64,000 bases of DNA, from assembly GCA_011109175.1 (NCBI GenBank), contig RDEW01000030.1, positions 428,094-492,093 on the forward strand. Reading direction: 5' to 3'. The stretch is from Dicyema japonicum. Its lineage: Eukaryota > Animalia > Dicyemida. Under the pieces are notes generated by a model. That model had not been told where the DNA came from. It searched no databases and saw only the letters and a list, made by a program, of their open reading frames with translations. This document shows positions 62,590 to 64,000 of this stretch, piece after piece (within the stretch, counting starts at the first letter, position 1; every line of letters begins with the position of its first letter). A program made the position numbers and the translations under genes.

Positions 62590-63748
62590 TACGTACCAAG
62601 TGATAAAAACAACGTTAAACTCAATGTGCAATTGTCAAATAGAAAACAACTATTACCCACAATTAAACGAATAACAAGAAAACAAGGAGAAAATTAAAAT
62701 CTACGAATAAAAATTTTTCTGTTTTTTTGACCATTTCACAGTTTATTTTTTGTAACCATTTATCAATAATATCAGTCGTCATCCGAGCATCTTTTGACGC
62801 TGTGTGCAAAGCCTAAAAATAACCTAATAAAATATATCCCATAATCCTCAGTTTGTATATTTTTAAAGCATCTTGGCAATTTAAATTTCCCGAGGGGCTT
62901 TAATTTCTCACCTTCAAGACTGCAGCATAAAAGAACTAAAACTCGTTTTTTGCTTTTCGTTTTACCAAAACATTCATCATTTGAAGAGAAAAATGATTTA
63001 CATGAAATTCTTTTAGCAAAAAGAGAGGTTTCGTCGCAGTTAAAAATATCTTTTTTCTCGTATTTATAAAATAAATTGTCGTAATCGTTAAAAAATCTTC
63101 GACTTTATTTCTGTCACATGAGTTCTTTTTACCCGAAATTACTCTGAACAATAATTCATGGCGCTTTTTAAATCGATCCAACCATCCATTTGATTCTTTG
63201 AAATCATTGAAGTCAAGATTAGCTGCAATTTTTTTGCAATAGTTTTGAGGAGAGATCCTGAAACTGAAATACCATCCTCTCTCAATTTTTTGAAGACTTC
63301 GAGTACTAATCGATCAATTCGAATAGAAAGATCTATTCGAACCTCTTAGATGAGAGTTCATCAGAGCATATTTGTGTTTTTGAAACCCCTTTTCCGATTT
63401 CTTTTTTAATTCGTGAGACAGTTCCTTTTCCAATATTGTATAATAGACAAATTTTTCTTTCTGACATTTTCTTTCATTAAAGAATCGGAAATCTTCTGTT
63501 TCAGGTGGCGACTAAGCTCCGCAGGCATGCCTAAAAATATTTTAAAATTAATTAAATAAAAATAAAAATAATAAATTTTAATATTATCGACTGAAAAAGT
63601 GCCCCAATAAGCGGAGTTTTGTATCTTAAATTGAGGCTTCCTATTGGTCAAGAATTGTAAAAATCATTCAAAATAATATTTATTAAAACTCGCCCCCAAA
63701 ACAGAGGGTGCCCCAAGGCCGGGGTTTTTTTGGGGCGGGGTCGTACTG
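62590..63748 (-). mobile_element. pogo/Tigger remnant, copy B, with intact terminus
   Basis: Minus-strand start TA|CAGTACGACCCGCCCC (TA at 63749-63750); transposase fragments as in copy A. Confidence 0.82.
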
Positions 63749-63750
63749 TA

Positions 63751-64000
63751 GTTATAATTTCACTCGTGCAGCATTCAAAAAAATCCTCCGAACCAACTTC
63801 TTCCAACCTCCTCGATCGTATGAGAGTTTACTCAACTCATCCAGGTCATCCCTATTTCTTAGATGTTTGTTCACGAGCTTTAGATCTCCGTCAAATGTTT
63901 CAGGTAGTGTAATACACCGGCGTCCACGAAAACACGGTCTCTGTCTCATGAAGTTGTCCTCCATTGCTATGTTTGCTGGAGCGCCCAAGTCCATACACAA
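63751..64000 (-). mobile_element. RTE 3' portion (runs off the window); 3'UTR interrupted by pogo
   Basis: PANIAME...FRGR...DDLDELSKLSYDRGGWKKL...*; the pogo TA lies 1 bp after the stop codon. Confidence 0.85.

Larger units (their letters stand above)
49613..63745 (+). repeat. tandem segmental duplication, copy B (~14.1 kb)
   Basis: See copy A. Confidence 0.95.

Overview
AT-rich metazoan nuclear DNA with very compact genes set among dense transposon debris. Every intron I could resolve in host genes is 21-28 nt (GT-AG). Together with an animal gene set, this points to a dicyemid mesozoan (Dicyema-like); that is an inference I cannot confirm. Host genes, reconstructed by manual splicing: a ubiquitin-like, BAG6-like gene (1596-~3377 +), DOP1/Dopey (6644-12728 +), SARA/endofin ZFYVE9/16 (20852-23259 +), SNX3/12 (27123-27654 +), an Evx/Mox-like homeobox gene (27701-~28483 -), Max (30253-30927 +), OSTM1 (36117-36899 -), and EMC8/9 in two copies (47364-48007 - and 61507-62150 -). 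Intergenic DNA is nested non-LTR retrotransposons (young RTE elements with TSDs, a dispersed CR1/L2/Jockey-group family, CRE-like and Dong/R4-like RLE elements) and DNA transposons (two Ginger-type, hAT Buster/Charlie, IS630-Tc1, pogo/Tigger). Positions ~38.7-63.7 kb are a tandem segmental duplication (10.9 kb + 14.1 kb) whose junction lies at the tip of a pogo TIR. Highlights: host-type micro-introns inside three unrelated DNA transposases; a possibly transposase-made duplication carrying EMC8/9; two RTE subfamilies inserted at one nick; an unspliced gene fragment copied upstream of its own start codon; and a run of endosomal/lysosomal trafficking genes. I saw no rRNA, intact tRNA, CRISPR or prokaryotic features. 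Coordinates of degenerate TE remnants are approximate.
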